Positions 47,643 to 57,558 of a stretch of DNA of 63,615 nucleotides are shown here, in pieces. Position 1 is the first letter of the stretch. Each line of letters starts with the position of its first letter. Source of the stretch: a virus (lineage: Duplodnaviria > Caudoviricetes). A program made the translations under genes and the position numbers. The stretch spans positions 1 to 63,615 of the IMG/VR virus record IMGVR_UViG_3300016471_001057, one strand, 5' to 3'. The notes below the pieces were generated by a model. It did no database searches. It was not told the DNA's origin and saw only the letters and a program-made list of their open reading frames with translations.

Positions 47643-47643
47643 T

Positions 47644-48207
47644 TTAGTAAGGCTTGAAAATATTATAGCTAACAGTTATAGGGGTATCACAAAGTGTAGT
47701 TATATTTGCTTGAAGTGAATAATTTGGTGATGTTCCATTTAATACAGGAAATATTCCTACAGCCCCGGTTGTGGAAGGTGTTACTGTTGAATTAAGTGTT
47801 AAACTAATATTTGTAGCGTCCAGGGTGAGAGATGCCGGTACTACAATAGCGACCGAATTACTAGTAAATTCTTGGGTATTAAATGTTAATTGACCGGCCT
47901 GATAAAATATTCTACTGTAAGTAGCATTAATAGTTGCAGAAAGACTTGAAATATTTTGATCAATTAAACTATCTGTAGATGCTGAAAGACTGTTTATTTG
48001 GGTATCAAGTTGTTCAGAGGTTTCATAAACTTTAGAAGAGACGGCTGTAAAGTCTGTGTAAAAACTTACATTATCAGGGCCTACAACAAAGTTGTCAAAA
48101 TCAAGAATATTTGTACCGTTTTCATTCTCCACGATTAAAAAATTACCTTTGACTATCTCCTCAATTTGAGGTTTCTCTTTAATATTGACATTCGTTATAG
48201 GTAGCAT
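47644..48207 (-). CDS. S/T-rich fibre/decoration-like protein, paralog A
   Basis: TATAAATA at 48214-48221; tandem paralog of the preceding ORF. Confidence 0.7.
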   Translation of the reverse strand: MLPITNVNIKEKPQIEEIVKGNFLIVENENGTNILDFDNFVVGPDNVSFYTDFTAVSSKVYETSEQLDTQINSLSASTDSLIDQNISSLSATINATYSRIFYQAGQLTFNTQEFTSNSVAIVVPASLTLDATNISLTLNSTVTPSTTGAVGIFPVLNGTSPNYSLQANITTLCDTPITVSYNIFKPY

Positions 48208-48268
48208 ATGGTTTATTTATAGTTATAACAGAGGTTGCAATATATAAGATATAATGTAAAATCATTAA

Positions 48269-49075
48269 ATGATTGGTATTGGTATAGTTACATGTAATAG
48301 ACCTGAATTTTTTATCAAATGTTTTAGGTCTATTCCTAAAGGGTATGAAATAGCAGTGGTTAATGACGGCGCAGATTTTGAAGATTGGAAAAAACTGCTT
48401 GAAGAAAAACCTTTTACATACATACACAATTCTACTAATTTAGGTGTTGGTAGATCAAAAAATAAACTTTTTAAGACCCTTCTTGATAAAGAGTGTGATC
48501 ATATATTTTTAATTGAAGATGATATTCTTGTAAAAAATAAAGAAGTTTTTAACGCGTATATTAAGGCACGAAATATAACAGGTATACAACATTTTAATTT
48601 CGGTTACCACGGACCGGCTAATAAGGGAAATATTTCTGGAGGTGCTCCTCAACCTAGGTTCGTTGTTGATTATGGAGACGTCCAAATTGCAATTAATGCT
48701 CATAGTGTAGGGGCTTTTTGCTATTATACACGAGAGGTTCTCGAAAAAGTTGGTTTAATTGATGAGACCTTTACTAATGCTTTTGAGCATGTAGATCATG
48801 ATTATCGAATTGCTAAAGCCGGTTATTGTACTCCTTATTGGAACTGGCCGGATCTGGCTAATAGTACAGATTATCTAGATGAAATAGAATGTTCTGAAAA
48901 AAGTAGTGCCATTCGTCCTAGAGAGGACTGGAGAGAAAATATACAAAAAGGAGCGGAACTCTTTTATAGAAAACATAACTATAACCCGGCCTGGCAAAAC
49001 TGTGTGCCGGATACATCTCCAGCAGACGTAAAGAAAATATTAAAAAATATTCATAGAAAGTATGCAATAAAATGA
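48269..49075 (+). CDS. GT2-family glycosyltransferase
   Basis: IVTCNR, VNDG, NLGV..SKN, LIEDD, VGLIDE.F, EH.D. Confidence 0.9.
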   Translation: MIGIGIVTCNRPEFFIKCFRSIPKGYEIAVVNDGADFEDWKKLLEEKPFTYIHNSTNLGVGRSKNKLFKTLLDKECDHIFLIEDDILVKNKEVFNAYIKARNITGIQHFNFGYHGPANKGNISGGAPQPRFVVDYGDVQIAINAHSVGAFCYYTREVLEKVGLIDETFTNAFEHVDHDYRIAKAGYCTPYWNWPDLANSTDYLDEIECSEKSSAIRPREDWRENIQKGAELFYRKHNYNPAWQNCVPDTSPADVKKILKNIHRKYAIK

Positions 49076-49902
49076 AAAAGATTGCACTAGGGGTAAATTT
49101 ATTTGGAGCTTCAAAGCGTTCAGATTTATGTATTGAATCAATACTAAAGTGTAAAGAGAAATTTCCATCGATGGATCTTTATAATGTACAGTTTCAAGAT
49201 ACAAGTATAAAGCATAGGAAGCATGAAGCATTTAAGCCGCTACATGTTTTAAGAAAAAGTAACCAAGATGTCATAACTGCCCCGTCTAAAAAGATTATTC
49301 CCTTGATGGACGAACTTTTTGATGCATTAGCTTTATTAAATTATGATTACTTTTGTTTTACTAACGATGATATTATCCTTTCAAATAGATATTTTGATTT
49401 TATTAATACCACTAATTATGATTGCTACCCTGCATCCCGTCAAGCAATTCAACCTATTGAAACGTTGGTGAATGCAAATATAGTTGGAGAGCATTATCAG
49501 GTTGCAGGATTTGATACATTTTGCATAAAAACCACCTGGTGGAATGAATTTAGAGATAAGTTCCCGGGTTATATTCTGGGACATCCTTGTTGGGATGTCC
49601 ATTATGCAACCTTATGTATGAGATTTGGTAATTCTACTTTATGTAACAAATGGCCCCCGCCCACTTTTCATATTATTCATGGCGATGATTCACATAATGA
49701 TTCCCCGGAAAAAACTCATAATTTTGGTCTTTACTGGAAGCCACATAAATTTGATGTAGACATGTGGCACAACTATTTATTTTCGGTATTGTTGAGGCGC
49801 CCGGGTGCTAACTATATGACACCTCACGATAATGAATTAGAGTTAGAAAAGCAATTTTTTAGTGACGACTGGTTTAAGAATAATTATAGATCCTACCAAT
49901 AA
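49072..49902 (+). CDS. Putative GT-A glycosyltransferase
   Basis: FCFTNDDI (DxD-like), GFD.F, LG...WD, H..H. Confidence 0.65.
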   Translation: MKKIALGVNLFGASKRSDLCIESILKCKEKFPSMDLYNVQFQDTSIKHRKHEAFKPLHVLRKSNQDVITAPSKKIIPLMDELFDALALLNYDYFCFTNDDIILSNRYFDFINTTNYDCYPASRQAIQPIETLVNANIVGEHYQVAGFDTFCIKTTWWNEFRDKFPGYILGHPCWDVHYATLCMRFGNSTLCNKWPPPTFHIIHGDDSHNDSPEKTHNFGLYWKPHKFDVDMWHNYLFSVLLRRPGANYMTPHDNELELEKQFFSDDWFKNNYRSYQ

Positions 49903-50753
49903 CAGCCATTTTCAATTTGTCTGTAGTCTTTAGGTATTTCATTTTCTGTTGGTCTAATCCAGTATTCATTAAAATATGAGGCGATAATTTTATTACTATC
50001 CCATCTACCACCTTTAATACCGAATAATATTTGTAGCGGTCCGCCAAGATGTATGGCTTGTTTACCTAGTGTTTTTGCATGAGAAGCAAGCGGTAGGGAG
50101 GAAGCCCCTGTACCTATCAGAGCAATATCGAAATTAATATTAGTCATTTTTTCCTTAATATCTAGCACCATTTCCCTCCATGTACTGTACGGGTTTTTTT
50201 CTCCATCAATTGCCTTGCTCGGGGGATGATAGATAGTGACAAGATTAAATTCTGGTAATAAATTATTTTCCCATACGAGATTTCGCCGTTTATATTGTGA
50301 TTTAATAGATTCGGTAAAGGGTGAAATGGCTAACACATTTTTATTTTTTAAAAACTTTGTCCATGCTAGGCCTGCATAATATGGTTCAAGAGAACATAAA
50401 TCCCCCAGTATGCAGTTACTGCTCCTAGACTTTATAAACCGTTTTTCAAAATCACCAAGACCGTTATTCCATGCTGCTAAAAAATCACTATTAGTAACAG
50501 CAGACTCTAGTTCCTGACAAAAATTAAGTCGAGCTTCTTCTGTTTGTGGAAATACACCGGCATTTATATATGTTTCCTTGACAACAATTGGGTTCCATGG
50601 AATTGATGGTAATTTTTGATGTAATGCATATTGATAATTGTACATACACATAAGCTCGGCGTTCCCAATCTTACCACAACAGATTGGCTTTTCCGATTTA
50701 AATAGTTCATAAAGCTCGTATACGCTATCTAAAAAATTTAAAGTTGTAAACAT
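49893..50753 (-). CDS. Polysaccharide-cluster protein, putative glycosyltransferase (GT-D-like)
   Basis: KIG..E, NAG.FP, VL.ISPF, FDIALIG.GA..LPL, IHLGG.LQ.LFGI.G.RW; start revised to ATG at 50753. Confidence 0.65.
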   Translation of the reverse strand: MFTTLNFLDSVYELYELFKSEKPICCGKIGNAELMCMYNYQYALHQKLPSIPWNPIVVKETYINAGVFPQTEEARLNFCQELESAVTNSDFLAAWNNGLGDFEKRFIKSRSSNCILGDLCSLEPYYAGLAWTKFLKNKNVLAISPFTESIKSQYKRRNLVWENNLLPEFNLVTIYHPPSKAIDGEKNPYSTWREMVLDIKEKMTNINFDIALIGTGASSLPLASHAKTLGKQAIHLGGPLQILFGIKGGRWDSNKIIASYFNEYWIRPTENEIPKDYRQIENGCYW

Positions 50754-50793
50754 ATACTTGTAAACTACTATCTTTATAATAATATAAAAGTAA

Positions 50794-51498
50794 GTGAAAA
50801 TCAAGGCATATACTCTGTTTACAGATTCTCATAAAAAATTTCTGACAAATTATTTTCTTCCTACCTTTCCGTTCCGTAAGGAGATTGAGCTTACAATGCT
50901 TCATCGTCCACAGCATTGCAAGACAGCAACATTTGAACAGGAGGGGTGGAAAGATACAATGCGAGACAAATCAACTTGCTTTTATGAAAAAATACAAGAG
51001 TGTGGTGAAGAAGAAATTTTTATGTTTATTGATCCAGATATACAGTTTTTTAAGGATTTCTACAATGATATAGTTAATACTATGCAAGATATAGATGTAG
51101 CTTGGCAGAACGATGTTATTGGAGGTGTGAATACCGGTTTCTTTGCAGTTAAAAATAACAAGCAAACGCGCGCATTTTTTAAAACTATTCTAGGTAATTT
51201 AGATTCAAAAGACTTTAGCCAAGAGCAAGTATTGGCAAACCATCTCCTACAAAACATACATTTATATCCATCTATTGCGGTAAAGAGCAAATTTCTACCA
51301 ATGGAGTATTGGACTTATGGATGGGTCGCAGCAACTATAGATCCAAGAACCGGGGGATGCCGGGGAAGCTGGACACCAGAAGCATTAGATTTTGATATAC
51401 CAAAAAATATTGCCATACACCATGCTAACTGGACAGGTGGAATCGAAAATAAACTTAAACTTTTAGATATTGTTAGGGACAAGCATGCTAAACTTTAG
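50794..51498 (+). CDS. Nucleotide-diphospho-sugar transferase (GT77-like)
   Basis: FIDPDIQFF, NTGFF, QEQ...N, HHANW...K. Confidence 0.8.
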   Translation: MKIKAYTLFTDSHKKFLTNYFLPTFPFRKEIELTMLHRPQHCKTATFEQEGWKDTMRDKSTCFYEKIQECGEEEIFMFIDPDIQFFKDFYNDIVNTMQDIDVAWQNDVIGGVNTGFFAVKNNKQTRAFFKTILGNLDSKDFSQEQVLANHLLQNIHLYPSIAVKSKFLPMEYWTYGWVAATIDPRTGGCRGSWTPEALDFDIPKNIAIHHANWTGGIENKLKLLDIVRDKHAKL

Positions 51499-52348
51499 TC
51501 GATTACGACCGGCTCCTCACTACCCTGCATACCCCCCTTACCATACGGGCAAATATTTAGAAGAATATTTTTATGATTATTATAAAAAAAATAAAGCTGA
51601 ATTTGATAAAACCGGATACACTTTAATTCCTATATTTTGGACCAACTTATATTTAAATCAGTTTCCTAATAGTGTTATACAGGAATATATAAAATATTTA
51701 CCAAAGGGAAGGTATTTTACCTTATGTCAATTTGATGATGGTATACAAGAAAGCCTTCCTCCAGACACTGTAAATTTTGTTGCCGGGGGTAATAAAGAAG
51801 GTATTCCTGTTCCATTGATATGTTCTCCATTACCAGAAAAATATATTATTAAAAAGAATAAAGATATTTTTTGTTCATTTGTTGGTACATGCTTGAATAC
51901 AGATAAATACAGCTGTAGATTAAAGTTATATGAAAGCTACCAACAAGACAAAGACTTTTATTTCTGTAACCCACGTCCGTGGAATAATTTAGTTGAAACA
52001 AAATTCTTAGATGAATTTTGTAATGTAACATCAAGATCGCGTTTTGCACTTTGTCCGCGAGGATATGGGCTACAAAGCTTTAGATTGTATGAGGTATTGC
52101 AATTAATGACAATTCCAATTTTTGTGTATAATAAACCTTTCTTTCCCTTTTCTGATTTTATAAATTGGAATGATTTTTGTGTATTAATCCATGAAGATGA
52201 AATACCTATCTTAAAAGAAAAATTAAAAACAATATCGGTTGATAAACAAGAGGAAATGCTAATTAAGGGCCGTGAAATTTATAAAACATACTTTACAATG
52301 GAAGGTATGTCGTTACATATACTTAAGACATTGCAAGGGTTAAAATGA
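51485..52348 (+). CDS. Exostosin-family (GT47-like) glycosyltransferase
   Basis: FVG...R, SRFALCPRGYG..SFRLYE....IP, PF...I.W; start revised to ATG at 51485. Confidence 0.85.
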   Translation: MLNFSRLRPAPHYPAYPPYHTGKYLEEYFYDYYKKNKAEFDKTGYTLIPIFWTNLYLNQFPNSVIQEYIKYLPKGRYFTLCQFDDGIQESLPPDTVNFVAGGNKEGIPVPLICSPLPEKYIIKKNKDIFCSFVGTCLNTDKYSCRLKLYESYQQDKDFYFCNPRPWNNLVETKFLDEFCNVTSRSRFALCPRGYGLQSFRLYEVLQLMTIPIFVYNKPFFPFSDFINWNDFCVLIHEDEIPILKEKLKTISVDKQEEMLIKGREIYKTYFTMEGMSLHILKTLQGLK

Positions 52349-53100
52349 AAAAAGTTCTTTTTGTTATAGCTCGCTACAATGATATACGTCAACACTGGTT
52401 TGACACAAAAATATCACCAAGAAATAAAGAATATTGTAACATTCACGGTTTTAAGTATATTGAAATTCGTAATGAGCATCAGATTGAATCTTTTCGCAAT
52501 AACCCCACTTGGTGGAAATTTACAATAGTTAGAGATGCAATTAAGGAAGGTAAGTTTAATGATGGTGATATAATTACTCATTTAGATGCTGATATGTTTA
52601 TAGTAAAACTCGACCAACCATATATAACAAATAAGTCCTTTTCCTATTCTATTGACAACGGTAATACCCATTGCATGGGAAATTATACCCTTACCGTGAA
52701 TGAATGGTCGCGAAATTTACTAGAAAATATTTTAAGTGAGGAAAGATACCAACGATTAAAAGATGTTGAAACCTTGCACGAAGCTTTTGATAATTATTCT
52801 AGTTTTTGGAGTCATTTTAGAGAACAGGCCTCGTGGTATTCTCTAGCTGGAATAAAGCGGCATTCGTGGGTGCCATTTACAGAGTTACCCAACAAAGGAT
52901 TTCATTCGGAAAAAAATAATGACACATTATACAGTTTAAATGATCTAGACAAACATGTCGAAATACGATCAGCAGGGTGGAATACAACACACGACTTTGA
53001 AAGTACTGACAGATTTAATATAAACAAAGTACTTGATAAAGATGTAATCATACGCCATTTTGCAGGTGGACAATATTGGGATGTTGAAAAATGGAGTTAA
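52345..53100 (+). CDS. GT34-like glycosyltransferase
   Basis: N..YC..HG, W.K, LDAD, EQ, IRHFAG. Confidence 0.75.
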   Translation: MKKVLFVIARYNDIRQHWFDTKISPRNKEYCNIHGFKYIEIRNEHQIESFRNNPTWWKFTIVRDAIKEGKFNDGDIITHLDADMFIVKLDQPYITNKSFSYSIDNGNTHCMGNYTLTVNEWSRNLLENILSEERYQRLKDVETLHEAFDNYSSFWSHFREQASWYSLAGIKRHSWVPFTELPNKGFHSEKNNDTLYSLNDLDKHVEIRSAGWNTTHDFESTDRFNINKVLDKDVIIRHFAGGQYWDVEKWS

Positions 53101-54140
53101 AAAATTTGGTTATCGACCCGATGGGTAATTTTCCAACTGCATATAAAATGTTTGGACCGACAGATTATTTTTGTGAAGATTTAGATAATATTAATGAGTC
53201 TGATGTAGGATTTGTTCTTAAGCAACATACAAACACTAGTAGACAGAAAATATACGATACCTATAATATTGTGGTTACAGATATAAACGCACTACATTCT
53301 CAGTATAAAAAGATAATAATAGTTTTTCCTGTAAACTTTATAGATGACATAGGCACGTCTATATGGGACCCTATGTCAAATATTGAAAAAGACGATAGAC
53401 TTTTTATAAAAAAATATTTTACCTATTTAGCCTCAAAAATAGAAAAAATTAAATATGACCATATTATATTTTTAGACTATCACGATCGTGCGGTGACATC
53501 AGATGGTGAAAATTGGTTAAAGAATAATTTTCCTAAATATTCAGGTATCTTTAAAAGAGAATATAGAAAAACTTATCTTTATGATTACAGTAATAAGGTT
53601 TTTTCATTTCCATTTCTTATGTTTGGTAATCACCCTAAAAATTCGTGTTGGAAGCTTTTTGAAGAACGGGTACTTGGTAACCAGGGAATAAATCAGTGCG
53701 TTTGGCCTGGAGGCGGTTATAATTATACCCCACCAGGTAAGCGTGACGAATGGTGCGGTCGACAAACACTTTTTGAAAAAATACAATCTCACCTAACCGT
53801 AACATCCGCAATTGGAGAGAATTATTTTAATTTGTTTAATACGTATAAATTTTTTCTTCATATGAATGGCTCGGGTAATTTATGTAAAAGATTTTATGAA
53901 GGGCTATCCCGAGATTCGTTAATGATTATGGAGGACATGGAGATTGTGTTTCCGTTTAACGGTGAATTCTTTTCCGACATGTGTGTATTCAAATATCCTA
54001 AAGAATTTTTCTATAAACTTGATATATTAAAAAATGATAACAATATATACGCGCAGTGTAAAGAGCAGCAGGAATATATTCTGAAGAAATATTTTAATTA
54101 TAAATGGATAAATCAGTATATAGATTCAGTATTAAACTGA
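53091..54140 (+). CDS. Putative GT-B glycosyltransferase
   Basis: FKRE, W.G...R, Y.....YKFFL...G.G....R.YE. Confidence 0.6.
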   Translation: MELKNLVIDPMGNFPTAYKMFGPTDYFCEDLDNINESDVGFVLKQHTNTSRQKIYDTYNIVVTDINALHSQYKKIIIVFPVNFIDDIGTSIWDPMSNIEKDDRLFIKKYFTYLASKIEKIKYDHIIFLDYHDRAVTSDGENWLKNNFPKYSGIFKREYRKTYLYDYSNKVFSFPFLMFGNHPKNSCWKLFEERVLGNQGINQCVWPGGGYNYTPPGKRDEWCGRQTLFEKIQSHLTVTSAIGENYFNLFNTYKFFLHMNGSGNLCKRFYEGLSRDSLMIMEDMEIVFPFNGEFFSDMCVFKYPKEFFYKLDILKNDNNIYAQCKEQQEYILKKYFNYKWINQYIDSVLN

Positions 54141-54143
54141 AAC

Positions 54144-55094
54144 ATGAAAATACTTTTTGTACCTACTATTTGTCCATCTAAGCAAGGAGATTTACTCGAA
54201 TTAACAATATTACACGGCTTGAGAACAATACTCGGAAACAGGTGTATTGACTATCCGCGAAAAAAAATTATGTATCATGATTTTTCTGATACCCCAAAAA
54301 ATACTCTTCATGGAAAAGGATTCAGTCTTCTTACATATCCTATCTTAGATTTGTCTGAACAAGAGCGAGTTATAGAAAATATTGATGTAGTTTTATACGG
54401 GAGCGGTCATATGTACGGGGAGGGACGGTTGCCTGAATTAAAAGGATTAACAAAAAATATTTGGGTATTAGATGGTCATGATTTATATGGTCAAGCCCCA
54501 AGAAAAATTCTATACGAAAATGAGGAAATAATAGGCACCCAATACATGAACTGCTTTAAGCGTGAATATATTGAGGAGCTCGAGTGTACCTATCCAACGG
54601 GATTTGGTATCCCTATACATAGAATTAAGCCTATAAACCTCTCTATAAAAACTCAAATGTACCAAAAAACAGCTCCAGATGCAGCGGTATTTAAATTAGT
54701 AAATGATTTGGGTGGTGGGGATAAACATTATAAATTTGACTCAGAAGAAGAATATTATAATGACTTACAAAAATCATGGTTTGGATTAACTTGTAAGAGG
54801 GGTGGGTGGGATTGTCTGAGACATTATGAAATAATAGCTGCAGGGGCAGTGCTTTTGTTTCGTGATTTTAAGAAAAAACCCGTTCTATGTTCACCGCAAT
54901 GCCTTCCCTGCCTGTCATATTCATCTATAGACGAACTAAATTCTATTATGACCAAATTAGTTGTAAATGGTCAGCCGACATCAGAATATATGTACTATCT
55001 AACCCAACAAAGAAAATGGCTCTATAATGTAGGTACTACGGACGCTCGTGCATTTAATATTATTCAGATTCTCAATAATAAAATAAAAACATGA
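54144..55094 (+). CDS. Putative GT-B glycosyltransferase
   Basis: HGL, LDG.D, FKRE, EEEYY.DL..S.FG.T.KRGGWDCLRHYEI.A.G. Confidence 0.7.
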   Translation: MKILFVPTICPSKQGDLLELTILHGLRTILGNRCIDYPRKKIMYHDFSDTPKNTLHGKGFSLLTYPILDLSEQERVIENIDVVLYGSGHMYGEGRLPELKGLTKNIWVLDGHDLYGQAPRKILYENEEIIGTQYMNCFKREYIEELECTYPTGFGIPIHRIKPINLSIKTQMYQKTAPDAAVFKLVNDLGGGDKHYKFDSEEEYYNDLQKSWFGLTCKRGGWDCLRHYEIIAAGAVLLFRDFKKKPVLCSPQCLPCLSYSSIDELNSIMTKLVVNGQPTSEYMYYLTQQRKWLYNVGTTDARAFNIIQILNNKIKT

Positions 55095-55816
55095 TAAAGA
55101 TAGAAGAAGTAACCATTTGTACCCATTGCGGTGCTAATCAAGATATAGTTAGCAAACAAGTTGAAATGTTATTGCCCTTACAAAAGAAAATTAAAGTATA
55201 TTGGAATCATCGTATTAATAGATACCCTAGAGCGTATCCATCATATTCCCAACTCATAAATCATTCTATAGCTACATCACCAACAGAATTTATAATTTTA
55301 TTAAATGATCGAGTTACTCCACATTTAGCGCAGGCAGAAAAAATTATTAATCATTTAGAAAATGGTTTCGGCTGTTCATTAATTTACAATGTCGGATATA
55401 TGGGATTTTCAAAAGAATTAGTAAGAAGAATAGGCTGGTGGGATGAAAGATTTATTGGTGGGGGATGGGAGGATAGAGACTGGGTATTTAGAATGAAAAT
55501 GGCAGATATTGCATTATATGAATCACAAGAAGGTACTTATGATTACAGCTGGAAATCACCTCTACAGGCTAATAAAGGCTGTCTTTATTCCGATCCCCAT
55601 TGGTATAAAAAATATACCCTCACAAATGTTATTTTGAAAAATTTACCAGAAGACCCGTATGAGCATTGGAATTTATTCTTAGGTCCCACTAGGCCTGAAA
55701 TTAGTAATAGTTGGATGAAGTGGTCAGATTCATTATTAAATGTGGAGTTTGGACGTGAAGGTGGTCAATCATCGTCATCAATAATTAATAATAGAATTAT
55801 TCAAGTAAATTACTGA
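55091..55816 (+). CDS. GT2-like glycosyltransferase
   Basis: N..I, ILLND, IGWWDERF..GGWED.D...R. Confidence 0.8.
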   Translation: MIKIEEVTICTHCGANQDIVSKQVEMLLPLQKKIKVYWNHRINRYPRAYPSYSQLINHSIATSPTEFIILLNDRVTPHLAQAEKIINHLENGFGCSLIYNVGYMGFSKELVRRIGWWDERFIGGGWEDRDWVFRMKMADIALYESQEGTYDYSWKSPLQANKGCLYSDPHWYKKYTLTNVILKNLPEDPYEHWNLFLGPTRPEISNSWMKWSDSLLNVEFGREGGQSSSSIINNRIIQVNY

Positions 55817-55858
55817 GTAGCTGCTTGATATTATATAAGCAATTTATATAATATCTTA

Positions 55859-56824
55859 ATGTCTAAGCAAATACTAATAACAGGCGGAGCAGGGTTTCTT
55901 GGAACCCATTCAATTGAAAAATTTAAGTCCGAGGGATTTGGCATTACAGTCTTAGATAATTTTAGTACAGCCACAATTCCAAGAAATGATCCGTTACTTA
56001 GCAATATTTTGTTGCTTTCTGGTAATATTCTAGATTACAAATGGAATGATTTAGATCATTTTGATTTAATTCTTCACTTGGCAAGCCCGGTTGGGCCAGC
56101 TGGTATTTTAAAGCACTCGGGTAACATGGCCCGTTATATAATTGAAGATATATACTGGGCTATTGATGGGGCTAAGCATAATAACTGTCCATTAATATTT
56201 TTAAGCACATCAGAAATATACGGCTATAGAAGTAGCCCAGTTCTTCTTAAAGAAGAAGATGATAAGGTGCTTGTTGGAGAATATAAAGTTCGTAATGAGT
56301 ATTCAATGTCAAAGCTTACAGCAGAAATTATTTTAAGCAATACTGCAAAAGTCTCAGACATTAAATATCAAATAATTCGTCCGTTTAACATAAGCGGGGC
56401 ACGGCAACTTAAAACTGGGGGATTCGTACTACCAACATTCATGACACAGGCTCTAAAAAATGAGCCAATAACTGTGTTTGGAGATGGTAGCCAAGTAAGG
56501 GCATTTACCCATGTTAAAGATATAGTTGAAGGTATCTATTTAACGGCCACTACAGATAAGCTTAATCAAATATGGAATATTGGAAACAAAGATAATATTA
56601 ATACTATCTTAGGGCTGGCGGAAATGGTTAAAAAGAAAGTTGCCAATAGTACTTCAGAAATCGTCTGTGTTGACCCAAAAACCATTCATGGTCCTCTCTA
56701 TGAAGAAGCTTGGGATAAAATACCTAATTCAACGAAAATTTCTCAAGAACTGGGCTGGACACCAAAATACACAGCTGAAGAGATTGTTGATGATGTATAC
56801 AACTACTATAAAAGTCGCGTATGA
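55859..56824 (+). CDS. NAD-dependent NDP-sugar epimerase/dehydratase (UDP-GlcA decarboxylase-like)
   Basis: ITGGAGFLG, HLASP, STSEIYG, YSMSK, R.FN..G, GDG.Q.R.F. Confidence 0.9.
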   Translation: MSKQILITGGAGFLGTHSIEKFKSEGFGITVLDNFSTATIPRNDPLLSNILLLSGNILDYKWNDLDHFDLILHLASPVGPAGILKHSGNMARYIIEDIYWAIDGAKHNNCPLIFLSTSEIYGYRSSPVLLKEEDDKVLVGEYKVRNEYSMSKLTAEIILSNTAKVSDIKYQIIRPFNISGARQLKTGGFVLPTFMTQALKNEPITVFGDGSQVRAFTHVKDIVEGIYLTATTDKLNQIWNIGNKDNINTILGLAEMVKKKVANSTSEIVCVDPKTIHGPLYEEAWDKIPNSTKISQELGWTPKYTAEEIVDDVYNYYKSRV

Positions 56825-57558
56825 GCAAATTAAAAATAGGAATACTAGGTTACGGTGAAATTGGATCTTCATTAGAAAAGTGTTACCTCGGTAAAAACTT
56901 TATTTTAAAAATAAAAGATCTAAACCGAGATGACGGTTTAGATGGCATAGATATTTTAAATATTTGTATACCTTATACAGAAAAATTTATTGACATAGTA
57001 GTTAAGAGTATTGTAGATACAGCAGCTAAATTAACGTTAATACATTCTACTGTTATACCCGGTACAACTAATGCAATTAGTAAGTTAATACCAGAAAATC
57101 AGCATGTGGTTCATAGCCCTGTACGGGGGGTACATCCCAAGCTATATGAGGGATTAAAAACCTTTGTTAAGTACGTAGGCAGTGATAATGAAGTAGCTGC
57201 ATTAAGTGCGCAAAAACATCTTGAATTGTTAGGTCTTAAGGTAGAGAGGTTTCCTTGCGCTACCACCTCGGAATTAGCAAAAATACTTTGTACTACTTAT
57301 TACGGTGTATGTATTGCATGGCATAATGATATAAAGCTTATGTGCGACAAATACAATGTAAGTTTTGATGACGTGGCAACAAAATGGAATACTACCTATA
57401 ACGAAGGTTATGAAAAGCTAGGAATGTCAAATGTAATTAGACCTGTTCTATATCCTCCTAGCGAAAAAATAGGCGGTCATTGTGTTGTTCCAAATACTGA
57501 ACTCCTTAAGACTATATTTGATAGCTTAGCTTTTGATTATATATTAAAACTAAAATGA
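56821..57558 (+). CDS. NDP-sugar 6-dehydrogenase-like protein (short form)
   Basis: GYGEIG, ICIP, STVIPGT, SP, ELAK, IGGHCV; ends shortly after the catalytic Cys. Confidence 0.8.
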   Translation: MSKLKIGILGYGEIGSSLEKCYLGKNFILKIKDLNRDDGLDGIDILNICIPYTEKFIDIVVKSIVDTAAKLTLIHSTVIPGTTNAISKLIPENQHVVHSPVRGVHPKLYEGLKTFVKYVGSDNEVAALSAQKHLELLGLKVERFPCATTSELAKILCTTYYGVCIAWHNDIKLMCDKYNVSFDDVATKWNTTYNEGYEKLGMSNVIRPVLYPPSEKIGGHCVVPNTELLKTIFDSLAFDYILKLK

